64,000 bases of DNA from Marine Group III euryarchaeote CG-Epi1 (GTDB lineage: Archaea > Thermoplasmatota > Poseidoniia > MGIII > CG-Epi1), in contig MIZA01000022.1 of assembly GCA_001875345.1 (NCBI GenBank), positions 838 through 64,837 on the forward strand. Direction: 5' to 3'. How positions within the stretch are numbered: the stretch's first letter is position 1; the number at the start of each line of letters is the position of its first letter. Below the pieces are notes generated by a model, which was not told the DNA's origin, ran no database searches, and worked only from the letters and a program-made list of their open reading frames with translations. A program made the translations under genes and the position numbers. Positions 61,165 through 64,000 of this stretch are shown here, in pieces.

Positions 61165-63345
61165 ATGTATCAAAAAACAACGTTTGCTATATTGGTTGCA
61201 TTGTGCTTCTTAGGAGCTCAAGCATCTAATGCGGTTGAAGAAGGACCTACTTTCTCTACAGGAGACACATGGGCATTTGGTCAAGAAATTGATCTTATGG
61301 AAGAAGTAAACTCTGAAATACAAGAGCTCGAAAACACGATTACACAAGAGATTATCGAGAGTGATAATTTTACTCAAATTAGAAATTGGACCGGATTAGG
61401 CTTAGATTCTTTTGAACTTAACAACGAAGCAGTATTAGGATTTTTCTATACTGGGGAAATAGTTGATGATTTTGACAACATGATCCATATGCAAACCGAA
61501 CAATCATTGTATTCACACACAGTGGTTGGAACTAAATTCACAAGCATGTTACCACCTGCAGGTACACACGATTTAAAAATTAGAGCATATTGTGCTGATG
61601 AAGACTGGAATGATGATACCGAAGAGTGTGGAGAAGATGGCGACGCTGGTCAATTTGAGTTGCTAGATAATAACACAGGCGAACCAATAGTAATGGAAGA
61701 AGTCAATACGGAATTGAGCGGTGGCATGCATTACATTGCTAAAATCACTCAAGACACTTGGTGGACGCAAGATACACATGAATTAGTAAAAACGCAAATT
61801 ACAGTTGCGCTTGGTGCTTCTGCAGATTTAACACTTAGAAATGTTCCTAATCTGACCTATGAAGGTGAAAGTATTTTGACAGCAATTTCAGGCCCTCAGT
61901 TTGAATGTGATGACGGTCAAACCATTGCATTCGAAGACGCAAATAACGGTTGGGAAGATTGTGAAGATGGAAGTGACGAACCACGAGATGACGACGGCGA
62001 CGGGTCTACTGATCAGAGATTTGAATGCGATAATGGAGATACATATCCACTCGATTATGTAAATGACGGAGAATGGCACTGTGAAAACGGTGAAGATGAA
62101 GGAGAGGGAGGAGTATCTCCTTGTTCTGACTGGGAAGAAAACGAAGAAGAGAAAGAAGCCATTTGTTACGAAACAATTAATGTTCTTTACGAAACAGCAG
62201 TAGTATCTATGGATGCAGAATTAAGCATAAACTTACTATTTGACTTCGGAGATAACCCAATGAACGCCATGAACCTTCCTTTGGAAGAAAATAAGTATTG
62301 GGAAGGCGAACTAGACAGGTTAACAATCAGCGGAGATTTAGGTGGAAAGATTGATATCGCAAAGCCAGAGATGTCCATATGTCCGGATTTAGACTGTGAT
62401 CAGTTACCAGAGATGCAGGAATTATATTCAGGAATAACAGATGCACTTCAAGAACTTCATGATAATGAAACATTTAGTATCACTGTTGACAGAAACGATG
62501 ACGGCCTTCCAGACGTAATTACAGAGTGGAATGATATGTTCCCAATGTACATTCCAGAAACATGGATGGACGAAGTATTCCAAGAAATTGCAGACCAAGC
62601 ATTCTGTGATGACCAAGAATCTGCAGAGGAAGGAGAAGAGTGTGACGAGACCGCAGAAGAAGAATATGAAAAATTAAATCTAAGAATTGAAAACAACAGA
62701 TTTGCCTTTGGACCATACAACTTACACGATATTGAAGACTTCTCACCAATACCTTATGCATTTGAAACTGGAGAAAAAGAAAGCATTCAGTCTAGTACTG
62801 GAGAATCTTATGAGGGTTACCAAGTGTTCCCAACGGATAGATGTTCAGAAAACAATCCAGACAGAAATGAAGATGACTGTAATGAAGAAGATGAAGAGGA
62901 CGACGGACGTGATGACGATGAAGATAATGATGACGACAATGATGACGACGACATAATAATCATAGACGACGGACAGGCCAGATCAAGTCACGATGACGAT
63001 GAGCATGGTGATGAAGACCATGATGAAGAAGACTCTGAAGGACCATTCGACGACTCTGAGATTATCTGGTTCCACGATGCAGAGACTGGACATCCGGCAT
63101 ACATCAACATGGACATGCCAAACTTACGTGAAGATGGTTACACAATTGAGATGGAGCCAATATCACATACAGTTGCAGTAGAGAAAGTTGAAGACAATGC
63201 AGATCCAGAAAACCCTGAGAAAACAGAATTGATTGACTTTGGAACTACTGAAGTAACAGACGAAGCCTCAGATGAATTGCCAGGATTCGGTATTCTTGCA
63301 GCTGGCGCATCTTTACTATTCGTAAGTCGCAGATTCAGGAATTAG
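61165..63345 (+). CDS. Highly acidic surface protein with two LDL-receptor-class-A-like Ca-binding modules and PGF-CTERM signal
   Basis: 726 aa with a signal peptide. FECDDGQTIAFEDANNGWEDCEDGSDE and FECDNGDTYPLDYVNDGEWHCENGEDE. A long Asp/Glu tract (EEDEEDDGRDDDEDNDDDNDDDD). C-terminal LPGFGILAAGASLLFVSRRFRN. Confidence 0.75.
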   Translation: MYQKTTFAILVALCFLGAQASNAVEEGPTFSTGDTWAFGQEIDLMEEVNSEIQELENTITQEIIESDNFTQIRNWTGLGLDSFELNNEAVLGFFYTGEIVDDFDNMIHMQTEQSLYSHTVVGTKFTSMLPPAGTHDLKIRAYCADEDWNDDTEECGEDGDAGQFELLDNNTGEPIVMEEVNTELSGGMHYIAKITQDTWWTQDTHELVKTQITVALGASADLTLRNVPNLTYEGESILTAISGPQFECDDGQTIAFEDANNGWEDCEDGSDEPRDDDGDGSTDQRFECDNGDTYPLDYVNDGEWHCENGEDEGEGGVSPCSDWEENEEEKEAICYETINVLYETAVVSMDAELSINLLFDFGDNPMNAMNLPLEENKYWEGELDRLTISGDLGGKIDIAKPEMSICPDLDCDQLPEMQELYSGITDALQELHDNETFSITVDRNDDGLPDVITEWNDMFPMYIPETWMDEVFQEIADQAFCDDQESAEEGEECDETAEEEYEKLNLRIENNRFAFGPYNLHDIEDFSPIPYAFETGEKESIQSSTGESYEGYQVFPTDRCSENNPDRNEDDCNEEDEEDDGRDDDEDNDDDNDDDDIIIIDDGQARSSHDDDEHGDEDHDEEDSEGPFDDSEIIWFHDAETGHPAYINMDMPNLREDGYTIEMEPISHTVAVEKVEDNADPENPEKTELIDFGTTEVTDEASDELPGFGILAAGASLLFVSRRFRN

Positions 63346-63558
63346 ATGGAAATATTAGGAATTGCACGCCTTATACTGGGTGTAATTCTAATAATTTATT
63401 CGGCCAATTGCTGGCTAAAGCAAAAGTATTGGAGCAGAAAGCATTTTGATTGGAGGCCTAAAGAGCATTGGCCTTCCGTTTTCTGGATGAATGTAATTGG
63501 CTCAGCGTTAGGAGGGGCTGTAATCCTATTTATGGAATTAATAGGGTTTGAAAGCTGA
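63346..63558 (+). CDS. Small membrane protein
   Basis: 70 aa with 2 hydrophobic segments. The ATG immediately follows the TAG of the upstream gene. Confidence 0.45.
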   Translation: MEILGIARLILGVILIIYSANCWLKQKYWSRKHFDWRPKEHWPSVFWMNVIGSALGGAVILFMELIGFES

Positions 63559-63571
63559 TCTGATTGTAAGA

Positions 63572-64000
63572 ATGGAAATAAAAGGTCCAAAGAGAATCAT
63601 TTGCCTCACTGAGGAGCCTACGGAAATATTGTATCTCTTGGGAGAACAACACCGAATAGTTGGAATTAGTAGATACACCGTAAGGCCCGAGGAAGCAAAG
63701 AAAAACCATCCAATAGTATCCGCGTTTGTTGATGGAAGCGTTAAAAAAATTAGTGAATTAAAGCCAGATTTAGTAATAGGCTTTAGTGATATTCAAGGCG
63801 ATTTAGCTGCTAAATTAATCAAAGCTAATTTGCAAGTCTTAATTTTTAATCAAAGAAGTATTGAAGAAATACTAGAAGTAATTTTGACTATTGGCCGAAT
63901 AGTATCAGCTGAAGACAAAGCACAGAAATTGGTCGACGGCTACAAAAAACGATTAAATTTACTTCGAGAGAAATCGGATAAAATTCAAAATAAGCCTAAA
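63572..64000 (+). CDS. Periplasmic-binding-protein-type (BtuF/FhuD-like) ABC substrate-binding protein, 3' end outside window
   Basis: Open from ATG 63572 to the window edge. PKRIICLTEEPTEILYLLGEQHRIVGIS...LKPDLVIGFSD is typical of cobalamin/siderophore-type binding proteins. Confidence 0.7.
   Translation, partial: MEIKGPKRIICLTEEPTEILYLLGEQHRIVGISRYTVRPEEAKKNHPIVSAFVDGSVKKISELKPDLVIGFSDIQGDLAAKLIKANLQVLIFNQRSIEEILEVILTIGRIVSAEDKAQKLVDGYKKRLNLLREKSDKIQNKPK

Noticed and set aside
62860-63060. GAT/GAC/GAA-rich repetitive DNA considered as a tandem repeat or CRISPR-like array. Alternate-frame ORFs occur at 62687-62956 and 62993-63181.
   Set aside because: It is the coding sequence of the Asp/Glu tract of the acidic surface protein. 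There are no spacer/repeat units of regular length. The alternate-frame products (MMTTMM...) are artefacts of the low complexity.
1-64000. Searched by eye for CRISPR arrays, rRNA genes, transposases/integrases, toxin-antitoxin pairs and classical defence genes.
   Set aside because: None recognised. The two tRNA genes are not flanked by integrase or direct repeats, so there is no evidence of an integrated element.

Overview
AT-rich archaeal chromosomal window. Archaeal origin is shown by eS4, eL32, eL19, aSUI1, Rpp29, archaeal-type adenylate kinase and two PGF-CTERM sorting signals. Genes are tightly packed, with many ATGA-type start/stop overlaps and GGAGG-like ribosome-binding motifs. The gene content (secreted proteases, peptide uptake, PGF-CTERM surface proteins) suggests a marine planktonic euryarchaeote of the Marine Group II/III kind; this is inference and cannot be verified here.

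Layout:
- 1-11.9 kb: housekeeping and metabolic genes (ABC-2 exporter, SDRs, a trio of paralogous membrane proteins, a PKD protein, valS, thiolase plus reductase, acyltransferase-3).
- 11.95-27.6 kb: the large ribosomal-protein cluster uL3 to uL15, then secY, a hexapeptide acyltransferase, adkA and a DUF106 insertase. A locally GC-rich, structured leader of about 200 nt precedes it.
- 27.6-35.2 kb: envelope/glycan-type accessory block. It holds a HemK-like methyltransferase, an RHH-PIG-L deacetylase, a GT4, an ATP-grasp ligase, an unannotated 41-aa zinc ribbon, tRNA-Ser, a Gly-Gly-terminated ubiquitin-like protein, a 1121-aa multidomain ORF ending in an epimerase, and tRNA-Glu.
- 35.3-48.3 kb: surface and secreted proteins (YHYH/TSP3/PGF-CTERM protein, BNR lipoprotein, S8 subtilase, 1029-aa beta-propeller protein), interleaved with panD, methylmalonyl-CoA epimerase, a flippase and a GT4.
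- 48.4-52.6 kb: OPT and SSS transporters.
- 52.6-57.4 kb: an operon with three tandem KaiC/RecA-like paralogues, then a hydrolase and an M14 carboxypeptidase.
- 57.4-64 kb: archaeal phosphopantothenate synthetase, an EF-Tu-like pseudo-GTPase, an MBL hydrolase, an acidic PGF-CTERM protein with LDLa-like modules, and a BtuF-like binding protein truncated by the window edge.

I saw no CRISPR array, rRNA, transposase, integrase or prophage.

Best candidates for undescribed biology:
1. The KaiC-like triple-paralogue operon.
2. The deacetylase + GT4 + ATP-grasp trio, which follows mycothiol/bacillithiol-like logic.
3. The 1121-aa fusion protein.
4. The structured leader of the ribosomal-protein operon.
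5. The uL24-SAP fusion.

All family assignments come from motif recognition by eye, not from database searches.
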